A stretch of DNA of 64,000 nt, from NCBI GenBank assembly GCA_963817385.1, contig CAWFOM010000007.1:32001-96000 (forward strand), written 5' to 3'. This DNA comes from an uncultured delta proteobacterium. GTDB taxonomy: Bacteria; Desulfobacterota; Syntrophia; Syntrophales; UBA5619. Below the pieces are notes generated by a model, which saw only the letters and a list, made by a program, of their open reading frames with translations, was not told where the DNA came from and did no database searches. Positions 31,159-43,679 of this stretch are shown in pieces. Positions within the stretch are counted from its first letter, which is position 1. Every line of letters begins with the position of its first letter. The position numbers and the translations under genes are program-made.

Positions 31159-32262
31159 CTAGACCTTCTCCAACTCCCCAAGGGCGATGCGGATGTCCGC
31201 GGGGTCGATGGTGGGGCCGCACCAGAATCGGAATCCCGGGGGCGCGTCCTTGTATGATCCTATGTCATAGGCGATCTTTCTCTTACCCAATTCGCCGGCG
31301 ATGCCTTTGAGGAATTTTGCCTGCTCCTCGGTCGGCAGCGCCGTAACCTTGTCGCTGACCACGGAGAGGCAGACCGAGGTGTTGGAGCGGATCTCCGGGG
31401 ATACGGCCAGAAATGCGATCCAGTCGTTCTTTGCAACCCACTCCTCTACGACCCTGAGGTTGGCCAGGCTTTTTCGGATGAGGCCGTCGAGACCGATCCC
31501 GTCGGCCCATTTCAGGCCGTCCAGGTAATCCTCCACACAGAGAAGGGAGGGGGTGTTGATCGTGTCCCCCTCGAAGATCGCCCGGTTGACTTTTCCCCCT
31601 TTTTTCATGCGGAAGATCTTGGGCAGCGGCCATGGCGGGTCGTACGATTCCAGGCGTTCCACCGCCCGGGGGCCCAGGACGATCATCCCGTGGCCCGCCT
31701 CACCGCCGAGACACTTCTGCCAGGAGAAGGTCGTCACATCCGTCTTCGACCAGTCGATGGGCATGGCGAAGGCGGCGCTCGTCGCATCGCAGAGGGAAAG
31801 GCCTTTCCGCTCGGCGGGGATCCAGTCCCAGTTCGGGATCTTGACCCCGCTGGTCGTCCCGTTGGCGACGAAGACGACGTCGCTTTCCCAGTCGACTTTC
31901 GCAAGATCGGGGATCCGTCCGTAATCGGCCCGCATGACCGTGGGGTTGAGCTTCAGTTGTTTGGCGATGTCGGTCGCCCACCCCTCCGAGAAACTCTCCC
32001 AGACGAGAACGGTGACCGGCCTCGCGCCCAAAAGACCCCACATGGCGGCCTCGAAAGCCCCCGTATCCGAGGCGGGCATGACACCGGCAAGGTAGTGTTC
32101 GGGGATACCGAGGATCCTCTTGGTTTCCCGGATGGCCAGGGTAATTTTTTCTTTTCCCAAGGCGGAGCGGTGGGATCGCCCGACCGCAGCGTCCTTCAAG
32201 GCGTCGAGGCTCCATCCGGGTCTCTTGCTGCAGGGACCGGAGGCGAAATTGGGATTATGCAC
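31159..32262 (-). CDS. serC: Phosphoserine aminotransferase, Methanosarcina-type
   Basis: [39 protein letters not shown]. Confidence 0.92.
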   Translation of the reverse strand: MHNPNFASGPCSKRPGWSLDALKDAAVGRSHRSALGKEKITLAIRETKRILGIPEHYLAGVMPASDTGAFEAAMWGLLGARPVTVLVWESFSEGWATDIAKQLKLNPTVMRADYGRIPDLAKVDWESDVVFVANGTTSGVKIPNWDWIPAERKGLSLCDATSAAFAMPIDWSKTDVTTFSWQKCLGGEAGHGMIVLGPRAVERLESYDPPWPLPKIFRMKKGGKVNRAIFEGDTINTPSLLCVEDYLDGLKWADGIGLDGLIRKSLANLRVVEEWVAKNDWIAFLAVSPEIRSNTSVCLSVVSDKVTALPTEEQAKFLKGIAGELGKRKIAYDIGSYKDAPPGFRFWCGPTIDPADIRIALGELEKV

Positions 32263-32419
32263 GATCAGCTCCTTAATCTTTAAGCAGGAATAGAAAAATG
32301 ACGGGGAAATATATCAATATTGGAATGATTACTCAAGCATTTTTGGTTTCCGGTTGACGGCGGGGAGGGGAAAGGGTATGTATCCGTAAGAAGGCTTTAT
32401 TGCCGGAGGAGGTTCGCCC

Positions 32420-33779
32420 GTGAAAAAGATGAGGACGATGTTTTTCTGCCAGAATTGCGGCCAGCAGTCGCCGAAATGGCTGGGGAAATGTCCGTCCTGC
32501 GGCGAGTGGAACCGTTTCGTCGAAGAGGAGATCCGGGATGCCGAGGCGGCATCTCCGGCCGGTGTCAGGTTTGACGGCGTTCCCCAGTCCATCGATGCCA
32601 TCACGGCCGATGAAGGGGATCGGATCACGACGGGGATCGTCGAGATGGACCGGGTCCTCGGAGGCGGGATCGTCGCCGGCTCCGCCGATCCTGGTCGGGG
32701 GTGATCCCGGGATCGGAAAATCGACGCTTCTTCTGCAGGTGCTCGAGAACCTGGCCCGGAGGGGCCTGACGGTCCTCTATTGCTCCGGCGAGGAATCGGC
32801 CCGGCAGATCAAGCTCCGGGGAAAGCGGCTCGGGGCCTCCGCCAAAGGTCTCCTCATCCTGGTCGAGGTCGAACTGGAGAACATCCTCAGCCGGATCCAG
32901 GAGATCAAACCCGCCGTCGCGGTCATCGATTCCATCCAGACCGTCTATTCCTCCGTTCTCTCCTCCGCGCCGGGGAGCGTGGGGCAGGTGCGGGAGGCAT
33001 CGGGCAGGCTGATCCTCATGTCCAAGAAGACGGGCATTCCGATCTTCCTCGTCGGCCATGTCACGAAGGACGGTTCGATCGCCGGACCCAAGGTCCTGGA
33101 GCACATGGTCGATACGGTCCTCTATTTCGAGGGGGATTCCGGGCACGCCTACCGGGTCATCCGGGGGATCAAGAACCGCTTCGGCCCGACCCATGAGATC
33201 GGGGTCTTCGAGATGCGGGATACGGGCCTTACGGAGGTCTCCAATCCTTCGGCCTTCTTTCTTTCGGAGAGGCCGGAAGGGGCCGCAGGATCGGTGGTCG
33301 TGCCGAGCATGGAGGGGACCCGGCCGATCCTGATCGAGGTCCAGTCCCTGGTCAGCCCCACGAGCTTCGGGATGCCGAGGCGCACCGCGATCGGCGTGGA
33401 CCATAACCGGGTGTCGCTGCTCACGGCCGTCATGGACAAGATCTGCGGCATCCATCTCGGGAACAGCGATATCTTTCTGAATGTGGCGGGAGGGGTGAAG
33501 GTGGACGAGCCGGCGATCGATCTCGGGATCGTCTCGGCGATGGCCTCGAGTTTCCTCGACCGGCCGATTGCGGCGGGGACCGTCGTTTTCGGCGAGGTCG
33601 GCCTGACCGGTGAAATCCGGGGGATCTCCCAGACGGAGGTCCGGATCAGGGAAGCGGCCCGGATGGGCTTCACGCGGTGTATCCTCCCCCGGACGCAGAC
33701 CCGTGAATGCCTGCCGGAGATGCAGATCGAACTGATCCGAATCGGTTCCCTCAAGGAACTGACGGAACATCTTTTTTGA
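32420..33779 (-). other. Note: long antisense ORFs over radA are not genes (the real gene is on the + strand, next entry)
   Basis: Shadow ORFs 32625..33770 and 33149..33754 mirror the GC-rich radA coding frame. Confidence 0.3.
32420..33779 (+). CDS. radA: DNA repair protein RadA/Sms (frameshift near 32685)
   Basis: CQNCG..KWLGKCPSC zinc finger, GGDPGIGKST, KNRFG, Lon-like C-terminus. Confidence 0.95.
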
Positions 33780-33928
33780 ACAGTGACTGATGCATTGCCG
33801 AATACGTAAAACTATTTTTTATATCAGCATGCCTTGACATGAAAAAATAGATGCTTAATATATGCGCAATCTGTTGAGCCATAAGATGATTTACAGATCT
33901 ATATAATAACGAAAGGAGAGGGTAAAGC

Positions 33929-34219
33929 ATGAAAATCAGACCATTACAGGACAGAGTTATTGTGAAGCGGCTGGAGGAGGAGGCAAAGACGAAGGGAGGG
34001 ATCATCATTCCCGATACCGCCAAAGAGAAACCCGTAGAAGGGATCGTCGTTGCCGTGGGAAAGGGAAAGACCGCCGAGGACGGCAAACTGATCAAATTGG
34101 ATGTCAAGGCGGGCGACCGGATCCTTTTCGGCAAGTATGCGGGTACGGAAGTGAAGATCGACGGCGTGGAACATCTGATCATGCGCGAAGACGATATTCT
34201 GGGAATCTTAGAGAAATAA
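33929..34219 (+). CDS. groES: Co-chaperonin GroES
   Basis: [29 protein letters not shown]. Confidence 0.98.
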   Translation: MKIRPLQDRVIVKRLEEEAKTKGGIIIPDTAKEKPVEGIVVAVGKGKTAEDGKLIKLDVKAGDRILFGKYAGTEVKIDGVEHLIMREDDILGILEK

Positions 34220-34227
34220 TAAACTGA

Positions 34228-35886
<1,659 letters not shown>

Positions 35887-35908
35887 TTCCCCGGCCATAA
35901 TGGTTGAA

Positions 35909-35941
35909 CAAGGCCCCCGTCTAAGGACGGGGGCTTTTTTT
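35909..35941 (+). terminator. Rho-independent terminator of groESL
   Basis: GCCCCCGTC-TAAG-GACGGGGGC followed by a T7 run. Confidence 0.9.
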
Positions 35942-35967
35942 ATTCCAAACTCACCTTGGAAATTAAG

Positions 35968-36098
35968 GCAAGTTGGAAATCGCGATCCCTCCGTGCGCTG
36001 GACATTTTCCGACCCGCACCTCCTCGCTAAAGCTGCGGGGGTAGGGTGACCCCGGAAAATCTCCAATGCGCACTACCGGGACCCCGATCCCAACTTGC
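35968..36098. repeat. About 130-bp long imperfect palindrome (MITE-like element or structured RNA)
   Basis: Nested pairs GCAAGTTGG/CCAACTTGC, GTGCGC/GCGCAC, TGGA/TCCA, ATTTTCCG/CGGAAAAT. Confidence 0.65.
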
Positions 36099-36135
36099 TC
36101 CAAAGCCGAAGAGGATGTCGAAAAAACCCTTTGGG

Positions 36136-36259
36136 CAGACTGTTCAAAAGTGGTCAGATGCAAGGCGCGCAAAAACCGAAGAGTGAGGCGTATATGAAAA
36201 TACGTTGAGGGATGAGGTTTGCAGCGCAACGCCGCAGATGATCGTTTTTCAACAGCCTG
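36136..36259. mobile_element. 124-bp MITE-like element with IS-type terminal inverted repeats
   Basis: Left end CAGACTGTTCAAAA versus reverse complement of right end CAGGCTGTTGAAAA (12/14). No transposase. Confidence 0.6.
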
Positions 36260-36276
36260 TTAAAACAAAGAGATGC

Positions 36277-36305
36277 TTGAAAGTGGGGGAGATCTGTGGT
36301 AGCGT
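36277..36305 (+). promoter_or_regulatory. Putative sigma70 promoter of ileS-lspA
   Basis: TTGAAA-N17-TAGCGT with extended TGn. Confidence 0.55.
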
Positions 36306-36347
36306 TCACCGCTATTTGCGAAGACATTCCAACTTGAGGAGCGTTGA

Positions 36348-39137
36348 ATGGATTACAAGGAAAGTTTGAATCTGCCGAAGACGGATTTCCCCATGAAGGC
36401 CAACCTGTCCAAACGGGAGCCGGAGATGCTTGCCCGTTGGGACGAAATGCGTATATATGACCGGATCCGCGAGACATCGCAGGGACGGAAGCCCTATATC
36501 CTTCACGACGGTCCCCCCTACGCCAACGGAAGCATCCATCTGGGCACCGCGCTCAACAAGATCATCAAAGACATCCTCGTCAAGGCGAAGAATATGACGG
36601 GCCGCGACAGCGTCTATGTCCCCGGCTGGGACTGCCACGGCCTGCCGATCGAGCACCAGGTGGACAAGGAACTGGGCGATAAAAAGGCTGGGATGTCCCA
36701 GGCCGACAAACGGCGTTTCTGCCGCGTCTATGCAAACAAGTTCGTTGCGATCCAGCGTGAGCAGTTCAAGCGTCTCGGAGTCTTCGGTGAGTGGGACAAC
36801 CCTTACCTTACGATGTCCTATGACTACGAGGCGACTACCGTTCGTGAGTTCGGTGCGCTCTACTTAAACGGGAGCGTCTACAAGGGGAAGAAACCTGTCT
36901 ACTGGTGCGCCTCCTGCAAGACGGCTCTCGCGGAGGCCGAGGTCGAATACCACGATCACACGACTCCCTCGATCTATGTTAGATTCCCTCTTATTTCCGA
37001 TGTTTCGGCGCGTCTCCCGAAGCTCGCCGGCGAGAAGATCTCCGTCGTCATCTGGACGACGACCCCCTGGACGATCCCGGCGAACCTGGCCATCGCCTTC
37101 CATGAGGAGTTCCTCTATGTGGCGGTGAAGGTCAGGGGAGAGGTCCTGATCCTCGCGAAGGATCTCCTCGATTACTGCCTGGACGCCTTCGGCTTCAGTG
37201 GGGAGGCGTACGAGATCCTCGACGAGTTTCCCGGCGCGGTCGTGGAGGGTCTCAAGTGCCGCCATCCCCTGATCGACCGGGAGACGCTCCTCATCCTTGC
37301 CCCGTTCGTCACCCTCGACGCAGGGAGCGGATGCGTCCACATCGCCCCGGGCCACGGCCAGGAGGACTACGAGATCGGGATGAAATACGGCCTGGATAAC
37401 TATGCCCCTGTGGACGACGACGGAAAATTCACCAAGGACGTGAAGGATTTTGCGGGTTGTTTCGTCTTCGACGCCAACGATGCGATCAATGCGAAGCTCA
37501 AGGAGGCGGGCGCCCTCCTCGGGCAGGTGGCGATTCAGCACACCTATCCCCACTGCTGGCGCTGCAAGCAGCCGATCATCTTCCGCTCGACGGAGCAGTG
37601 GTTCATCTCCATGGAGAAGAACGACCTCCGGAAGAAGGCGCTTGCCGCGATCGACGGCGTGACCTGGATCCCCGCCTGGGGGCGTGACCGGATCTACGGC
37701 ATGGTCGAGAATCGCCCCGATTGGTGCATCTCCCGCCAGAGGCTCTGGGGTGTGCCCATCACGATGTTCTACTGCAAGGAGTGCGACCGTGAGCTCATGA
37801 CACGGGAGATCCTGGATCACGTGGTCGGGCTCGTCCGTGAGCACGGCGCCGACGTCTGGTTCGAACGGGAGGCAAACGACCTTTTGCCCCCGGGGACCCG
37901 CTGTCCCAAATGCGGCGGCAAGGAGTTCAAGAAGGAGACGAACATCCTCGATGTCTGGTTCGATTCCGGGGTAAGCCACGCCGCCGTCCTGGAGAACCGG
38001 CCGGATCTCACCTCTCCGGCGGACATGTACCTGGAGGGGAACGACCAGCACCGGGGTTGGTTCCACTCCTCGCTTCTTGAGTCGGTGGGCACGCGGGGAC
38101 GGGCGCCGTATCGGAATGTTCTGACCCACGGCTTTGTCGTTGACGGCGAGGGGAAGAAGATGTCCAAGTCCGTCGGGAACGTCATCGACTCCCAGACGAT
38201 CATCGATGAATACGGCGCCGAGATCCTCCGGCTCTGGGTGGCCGCCGAGGATTACACCGAGGACATCCGCGTCTCCGAGGAGATCCTCAAGCGCCTTGTT
38301 GAAGCCTACCGACGGATCCGGAACACCAGCCGGTTCATTCTGGGAAATCTCTATGACTTCAACCCGGCCACGGACGCCGTGCCCTATGCGGAGATGGCGG
38401 AGATGGACCGCTGGATCCTCCACCGCCTTCAGGAGGTGGTCCGGCGGGTTCGCGAGGCCTACGAGCAATACCAGTTCCATGTGGTCTACACGACCCTCTA
38501 CAATTTTTGTACGGTGGATCTCTCATCGCTCTACCTCGATATCCTGAAGGACCGTCTCTACACCTCGAAGGCCGCATCGCCCGCCCGCCGCTCGGCGCAG
38601 ACGGCGATGACGGCGCTCCTGGAGGCGATGGTCCAGCTCCTGGCCCCCATCCTCACCTTTACGGCGGAGGAGGTGTGGCAGGCGCTGCCCGCTTATCCCG
38701 GCAAGGCCGAGAGTGTTCACCTCACCCAGTTTCCGGAGGTGAATGAGCAATATCTCCAGCCGGATCTGGCGGAGAGATGGAAGACGCTCATCGCCGTCAA
38801 AGGGGAAGTGGCCAAGGCCATCGAGGCCGCCCGGCAGAGCAAGGTCCTGGGCCATTCTCTCGATGCAGCCGTTGTCATCGCGGCGCCCGAGAATCTTCGC
38901 ACCATCCTGGAGCAACACCGGGAGGATCTTCGCACCCTTTTGATCGTCTCCGATGTCCGGCTCGTCGATGAGCAAGCGATCGGCGACGCCTATCGCAGCG
39001 CCGAGATCGCCGGTCTTGCGGTACGTGTGGGTCGGGCGAAGGGAGAAAAGTGCAACCGCTGCTGGAACTACAGCGAGACGGTCGGTTCAAGCGAGGAGCA
39101 TCCGACTATTTGCGCACGGTGCCGGGATAACCTTTAG
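36348..39137 (+). CDS. ileS: Isoleucine--tRNA ligase (type 1)
   Basis: DGPPYANGSIHLGT, WCISRQR, KMSKS, C-terminal CxxC...CxxC zinc finger. Confidence 0.98.
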   Translation: MDYKESLNLPKTDFPMKANLSKREPEMLARWDEMRIYDRIRETSQGRKPYILHDGPPYANGSIHLGTALNKIIKDILVKAKNMTGRDSVYVPGWDCHGLPIEHQVDKELGDKKAGMSQADKRRFCRVYANKFVAIQREQFKRLGVFGEWDNPYLTMSYDYEATTVREFGALYLNGSVYKGKKPVYWCASCKTALAEAEVEYHDHTTPSIYVRFPLISDVSARLPKLAGEKISVVIWTTTPWTIPANLAIAFHEEFLYVAVKVRGEVLILAKDLLDYCLDAFGFSGEAYEILDEFPGAVVEGLKCRHPLIDRETLLILAPFVTLDAGSGCVHIAPGHGQEDYEIGMKYGLDNYAPVDDDGKFTKDVKDFAGCFVFDANDAINAKLKEAGALLGQVAIQHTYPHCWRCKQPIIFRSTEQWFISMEKNDLRKKALAAIDGVTWIPAWGRDRIYGMVENRPDWCISRQRLWGVPITMFYCKECDRELMTREILDHVVGLVREHGADVWFEREANDLLPPGTRCPKCGGKEFKKETNILDVWFDSGVSHAAVLENRPDLTSPADMYLEGNDQHRGWFHSSLLESVGTRGRAPYRNVLTHGFVVDGEGKKMSKSVGNVIDSQTIIDEYGAEILRLWVAAEDYTEDIRVSEEILKRLVEAYRRIRNTSRFILGNLYDFNPATDAVPYAEMAEMDRWILHRLQEVVRRVREAYEQYQFHVVYTTLYNFCTVDLSSLYLDILKDRLYTSKAASPARRSAQTAMTALLEAMVQLLAPILTFTAEEVWQALPAYPGKAESVHLTQFPEVNEQYLQPDLAERWKTLIAVKGEVAKAIEAARQSKVLGHSLDAAVVIAAPENLRTILEQHREDLRTLLIVSDVRLVDEQAIGDAYRSAEIAGLAVRVGRAKGEKCNRCWNYSETVGSSEEHPTICARCRDNL

Positions 39138-39179
39138 CGGGTGGGAACGGTGATGCGGTAATGCATAGCGCGTAACGGA

Positions 39180-39701
39180 TTGGAGGGGCGGTTCTTGCAG
39201 AAGAAAAATATCCTCTTTCTGGCGGTCACCGTCCCGGTGATCATCCTGGATCAACTGACAAAAGCCTGGATTCTTGCAACGCTGAGACTCCATGAAGGCT
39301 TTCCCGTCATCGACGGACTCTTCAATATCATTCACGTGCGGAATCCCGGCGCCGCCTTCGGCTTTCTGGCGGGGGTCGCTCCTGTCTTCCGGTCTGTTTT
39401 TTTCCTTTCGGTGACGCTGGCGGCGATTATCCTTATCCTCCACTTTTTTCGGGCGAGCCGGAGCGATGAGCCTTCGCTGGTCATTTCTCTGGCCCTGATC
39501 CTGGCCGGCGCCGGAGGAAACCTCATCGACCGCGTCCGTTTCGGGGAGGTGATCGATTTCCTCGACGTCTATGTCGGCGCCTACCACTGGCCCGCCTTCA
39601 ATGTCGCCGATGCGGCGATCACGACCGGCGCGTCTCTCTTGGTGCTCATCCTCCTCGGGAGGAAGAAGGGACGAGCAGCGGGAGAGGGACGGGAAGAATA
39701 G
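39180..39701 (+). CDS. lspA: Lipoprotein signal peptidase II
   Basis: DQLTK, NPGAAF, GNLIDR, VIDF, FNVAD. Confidence 0.96.
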   Translation: MEGRFLQKKNILFLAVTVPVIILDQLTKAWILATLRLHEGFPVIDGLFNIIHVRNPGAAFGFLAGVAPVFRSVFFLSVTLAAIILILHFFRASRSDEPSLVISLALILAGAGGNLIDRVRFGEVIDFLDVYVGAYHWPAFNVADAAITTGASLLVLILLGRKKGRAAGEGREE

Positions 39702-39723
39702 GCGGCGTTCCACAGCCGGATCT

Positions 39724-41820
39724 TCATCCCAGGACGATCGTGGCATCCACGGCCGCCATCCCATCCTCACCGACGATCAGGGGATTGATGTCGATTTCCC
39801 GGATCCGCGGGTGGTGGAGACCGATTGTGCCCAGGGCGACGAGGATCCGGGCGATCTCGTCCCGGTCGACGGGCGGCGCACCCCGGAAGCCGTCGAGCAT
39901 CTTCCGGCCCCGGACGCGGCCGATGAGGTTGAGCGCCTCCCGGTGCGTCAGGGGGGCGACGGCAAAAGCGGCGTCGGCATAGAGCTCAGCCATCACCCCG
40001 CCCAGCCCGAACATCACGCAGGGGCCGAACTGAGGGTCGCGCGTAAGCCCGAGAATCAGCTCCACCGCTCCCCGAAGTTGTTTCTGGATGATGATCCGGC
40101 CTCGCCCCTCCATCTTTTCCATGAGACCGGCGAAGGCCGCGCGGGCGGCCTCTCCGTCGGAAATCCCCAGACGGACAAGACCAAGTTCCGTCTTGTGAAC
40201 CGCTCCGGGCAGAAGTCCCTTCACGACGGCCGGGTAACCCAGGGAGGATGCCGCCGCCACTGCCCGATCCTCGTCGGCGGCGATCTCCTCCGGAACGACC
40301 GGAATACCGTAAACCGCGAGGATCGACTTGGAGAGGTGCTCGTCAAGGGGACCGGATGCCGAATCCAGGAGACGCTGCAGATCGACGGGCATTGTCCGAC
40401 TGCCCGTTTTTTCGGTAATCATCGATTCCGGCTGGTGGCGTTCGCCAAGGGCGGCGGCCAGGCACTCCGAGGCGCGAGAAAGTTCGGTAAAGACGGGAAT
40501 TCCGTAGTGAAGGGCTTCTTTCTGGAACATATGGGAGTCGTCCCTCCGGCCGATGATCCAGGCGATGAGCGGTTTCCCGGCTCTGCGGACCTGAGCGGAC
40601 AAGTCGGCGATGTTCAGCCTGTTGTGGGGATTGCTGATAAAGACATGAAGAAAGACGGCGTCCACCCCCGGGTCGCCGAGGAGGGCCGCCAGGGAGCGGC
40701 CGTAGACATCGACAGCGGTGCCCGCTTGTCTCTCTACCGCCGGCCAGAGATCGACAGGATTGGCGACCGGCATCCACGGGGGAAAGAGCTCCCCCAAGGA
40801 GCGGATGGTTGAGGGAGAAAGAGCGGCCATGGCAAGTCCCTGTTCGGCGACGAAATCGGTGGCGACGATGCCCGCCCCGCCGCTCATAGTCAGAATCGCC
40901 ACCCGGCGTGACCGGTCGGCGGGCGGGTTCGTCAGGGCGAGCGACCGGCAGAGGTCCATCATCTGCTTGAAGTCCCGCGCTTCGATCACGCCGACCTGGG
41001 CAAGGGCGCCGGCGATGATCCGCTGGTTCCCGGCGAGGGATGCCGTATGGCTCAGCGCCGCTTCCGCCCCCTGCCGGCTTCGGCCCCCCTTGAGCACGCA
41101 GATCGGTTTCGCGCTCCGCCGGCACAGCTCCAGGAAACGCCGCCCGTCGGAGAAGGATTCGAGGTAGAGGCCGATCACCCTCGTGTCGGGGTCGCCCAGG
41201 AAGTATTCCAGGATATCGCACTCATTGACATCGACCTTATTCCCCAGGGAACAGACCTTGCTTACGCCCATCGTGGCATTGCTCATGATGTCGATGAGAA
41301 AGATGGCGGAGAGCATGCCGCTCTGCACCACGAGGGAAACCGTTCCCGGGATAAATTCCTCCCGCTCCTGCGCCCGCGGATCCATGAAGGAAAAGATGCG
41401 GCTGTGGACGCAATCGACGAGGCCCATGCAGTTCGGGCCCCACAGACGGATGCCGGTGCGGGCGGCGATATCGCCGAGCGCGTTCTGCAGGCGCGCCCCT
41501 TCCGGACCGGTTTCCGCGAAACCGCCCGATTCGATCATGACGCCGCGGACCCCCTTTGCGGCGCAATCCTCAACCGACGCAGGCACCAGCGGAGCCGGGA
41601 CGAAGACGATGGCGAGGTCCACCGGGCCGGGGATGGCGCTGACGGAGGGATAGCATCTCAACCCCTCGATCTGATGGTATTTCGGATTGACGGGGTAGAT
41701 CCCGCCGCGGTAACCGAAGAGGATGTTTTTCAGGATGGCGTTGCCGCCCTTGAGGGGGTTCGGGGTTGCGCCGACCACGGCTATCCCCTGCGGGTCGAAG
41801 AAAAAATCCATAGGCGTCAA
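39724..41820 (-). CDS. ADP-forming acyl-CoA synthetase (acetate-CoA ligase family, alpha-beta fusion)
   Basis: CoA-binding domain, GPNCMG, SHTASLAG phospho-His, ATP-grasp HKTELG, DPQFGP, DINPL. Confidence 0.9.
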   Translation of the reverse strand: MTPMDFFFDPQGIAVVGATPNPLKGGNAILKNILFGYRGGIYPVNPKYHQIEGLRCYPSVSAIPGPVDLAIVFVPAPLVPASVEDCAAKGVRGVMIESGGFAETGPEGARLQNALGDIAARTGIRLWGPNCMGLVDCVHSRIFSFMDPRAQEREEFIPGTVSLVVQSGMLSAIFLIDIMSNATMGVSKVCSLGNKVDVNECDILEYFLGDPDTRVIGLYLESFSDGRRFLELCRRSAKPICVLKGGRSRQGAEAALSHTASLAGNQRIIAGALAQVGVIEARDFKQMMDLCRSLALTNPPADRSRRVAILTMSGGAGIVATDFVAEQGLAMAALSPSTIRSLGELFPPWMPVANPVDLWPAVERQAGTAVDVYGRSLAALLGDPGVDAVFLHVFISNPHNRLNIADLSAQVRRAGKPLIAWIIGRRDDSHMFQKEALHYGIPVFTELSRASECLAAALGERHQPESMITEKTGSRTMPVDLQRLLDSASGPLDEHLSKSILAVYGIPVVPEEIAADEDRAVAAASSLGYPAVVKGLLPGAVHKTELGLVRLGISDGEAARAAFAGLMEKMEGRGRIIIQKQLRGAVELILGLTRDPQFGPCVMFGLGGVMAELYADAAFAVAPLTHREALNLIGRVRGRKMLDGFRGAPPVDRDEIARILVALGTIGLHHPRIREIDINPLIVGEDGMAAVDATIVLG

Positions 41821-41824
41821 CTCC

Positions 41825-43126
41825 CTACTTCATCAGAAGATTCGGCAGGAACAGGGCAAGTTGGGGAAATGCAAACAGCAGCGCGGCACAAACAACCAGG
41901 CTGATCAAAAAGGGATAGACCCCCTTATAGATGATGTTGAACGGCACTTTGGTGATGTTCTTGACGACGAACACATTCATCGCCACGGGAGGAATGACGA
42001 CCCCGATCATCACCGTTATCGCGATGATGATGCCGAACCAGATGGGATCAAACCCAAGCTTCATGATGACCGGATAGAAAATCGGCGTGGCAAGGATCAT
42101 GAAGGCCAGATCGTCGATGAAGGATCCCCCGGTCTGATAGATCAGACTGATGATAATCATGACGATGTACTTATTGAGAGAAAGTCCGATGACCCAATCG
42201 GCCGTGATCATGGGAATTTTTGTTACCGCGAGGAAATGACCGAGGATGGTGGATCCGGCGATGAGCATGAGCACCATGCAGGCCGTTCTCAGCGATTCGG
42301 CAACCGACTTGACGAATCTCTTGAAATCCAGGTCCCTTCTGACAATGGAGAGGAGCAGGACCAAACCGGTTCCGACGCTTCCCGCCTCCGTCGGGGTAAA
42401 AAGCCCCTTCATCAATCCCACGATCATCATCAGGAAAATCAAGACGACGAGGGCAATCTCCGGAAGGGAGGCCATCCTCTCCCGCCAGGATGATCGTTCC
42501 CCCTTTGGACCCAAGCGCGGGTTGATCTTGCACCAGCCATAGATGATCGCAATAAAAAAGAAGGCGATAATCAACCCGGGGATGAGGCCGGCCAGAAACA
42601 ACTTGCCGATCGAGAGACCGGTGATGATTCCGAAAACGACCAGGGTAACGCTCGGGGGCATGAGAATCCCCAGCGTTCCGACGGAGGCGACGATTCCCGT
42701 AGAGAGTCTCTTGTCATAATGATATCGGTCCATCTCGGGGACGGCCACGCTGGCGAACGTGGCGGCCGTGGCGGGGGACGATCCGCAGATGGCCTTGAAT
42801 GCCGTGGCGCCCACTACCGTCGCCATGGCCATTCCTCCGGGGATATGCCCGACGAATTTGTAGGAGGCGTTGTACAGCCGCTTGGCGATGCCCGCGTTAA
42901 AGGCGATCTGACCCATCAGGATAAACAAGGGGATGACGGTAAATCCGTATGAGGCAAAGACGTCGAAGATGTCTTTCGCCAGCAGGTTCATGGCGGCATG
43001 AGGGGAGATGATGATGCCGAATCCGATGAAACCGACCAGGGCCATGGCGAACCCGAGTTCTATCCCCGTGAGGAAAAGAAGCAACAGAGACGCCAGGCCG
43101 ACAAGTCCGATAACTACCTCACTCAT
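41825..43126 (-). CDS. dctM: TRAP transporter large permease
   Basis: IPLFILMG, GSSPATAA, GTLGILMPPS, TPTEAG. Confidence 0.93.
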   Translation of the reverse strand: MSEVVIGLVGLASLLLLFLTGIELGFAMALVGFIGFGIIISPHAAMNLLAKDIFDVFASYGFTVIPLFILMGQIAFNAGIAKRLYNASYKFVGHIPGGMAMATVVGATAFKAICGSSPATAATFASVAVPEMDRYHYDKRLSTGIVASVGTLGILMPPSVTLVVFGIITGLSIGKLFLAGLIPGLIIAFFFIAIIYGWCKINPRLGPKGERSSWRERMASLPEIALVVLIFLMMIVGLMKGLFTPTEAGSVGTGLVLLLSIVRRDLDFKRFVKSVAESLRTACMVLMLIAGSTILGHFLAVTKIPMITADWVIGLSLNKYIVMIIISLIYQTGGSFIDDLAFMILATPIFYPVIMKLGFDPIWFGIIIAITVMIGVVIPPVAMNVFVVKNITKVPFNIIYKGVYPFLISLVVCAALLFAFPQLALFLPNLLMK

Positions 43127-43604
43127 CGTATCTCCCCTCGTGGATCTTCATGATATCGCCAACCATTACCAGACATTGGACAAAACAGCATATGCCGACA
43201 CCGTACGCGACGGGATAAAATGGCATCTGAAGGGTGAGGGAAACCTCCCCCGACCTCTGGAGGTCCCATCCGAATTTGAACAGGTTCCACCCGATGAGAA
43301 AAAACAGGACGAAAACCACGCATCGCGTCGTTATGTTATAGGCGTTTCGCACCCGTTGAGAAAACTTTGCGATGAGAAAATCGACGTAGATATGGGCCCG
43401 CGACAGCGCGGTCTGCGGCAGCGAAAACCCGATCACCACTGCCCCTGAAAAAGCCACCAGCTCGTAGGTGCCGGGCAGCGGCTTGCTGAATCCCCTCAGG
43501 AGGACATCGATTATCGTGAGCAACATGAGAAAGATAAGGCTGGTCCCGGCGATGACATTCAGAAGCCTGCTTATCTCAGCAACGGTTTTCAAAAATCCAT
43601 TCAT
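43119..43604 (-). CDS. dctQ: TRAP transporter small permease
   Basis: 4 TM helices, PLPGTYE, HIYVD. Confidence 0.9.
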   Translation of the reverse strand: MNGFLKTVAEISRLLNVIAGTSLIFLMLLTIIDVLLRGFSKPLPGTYELVAFSGAVVIGFSLPQTALSRAHIYVDFLIAKFSQRVRNAYNITTRCVVFVLFFLIGWNLFKFGWDLQRSGEVSLTLQMPFYPVAYGVGICCFVQCLVMVGDIMKIHEGRYDE

Positions 43605-43679
43605 GGATTCTCCTTGTGGCGCTCGTACCCGTGATAAAAAAGGGAGAGGGAGATGACAATCATCCCCCTCTCGTGTCCA

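Noticed and set aside
33780..33928. CIRCE or sigma32 element upstream of groES
   Set aside because: No TTAGCACTC-N9-GAGTGCTAA and no CCCCAT -10. Only a TTGACA box is visible.
35968..36098. 6S RNA or SRP RNA identity for the long hairpin
   Set aside because: No SRP GGAA-loop motif, no large central bubble and too short for 6S. Kept as an unexplained element.
36260..36347. T-box riboswitch before ileS
   Set aside because: No GGTGGNACCGCG antiterminator or terminator. The TGTGGTAGCGT sequence fits an extended -10 promoter better.
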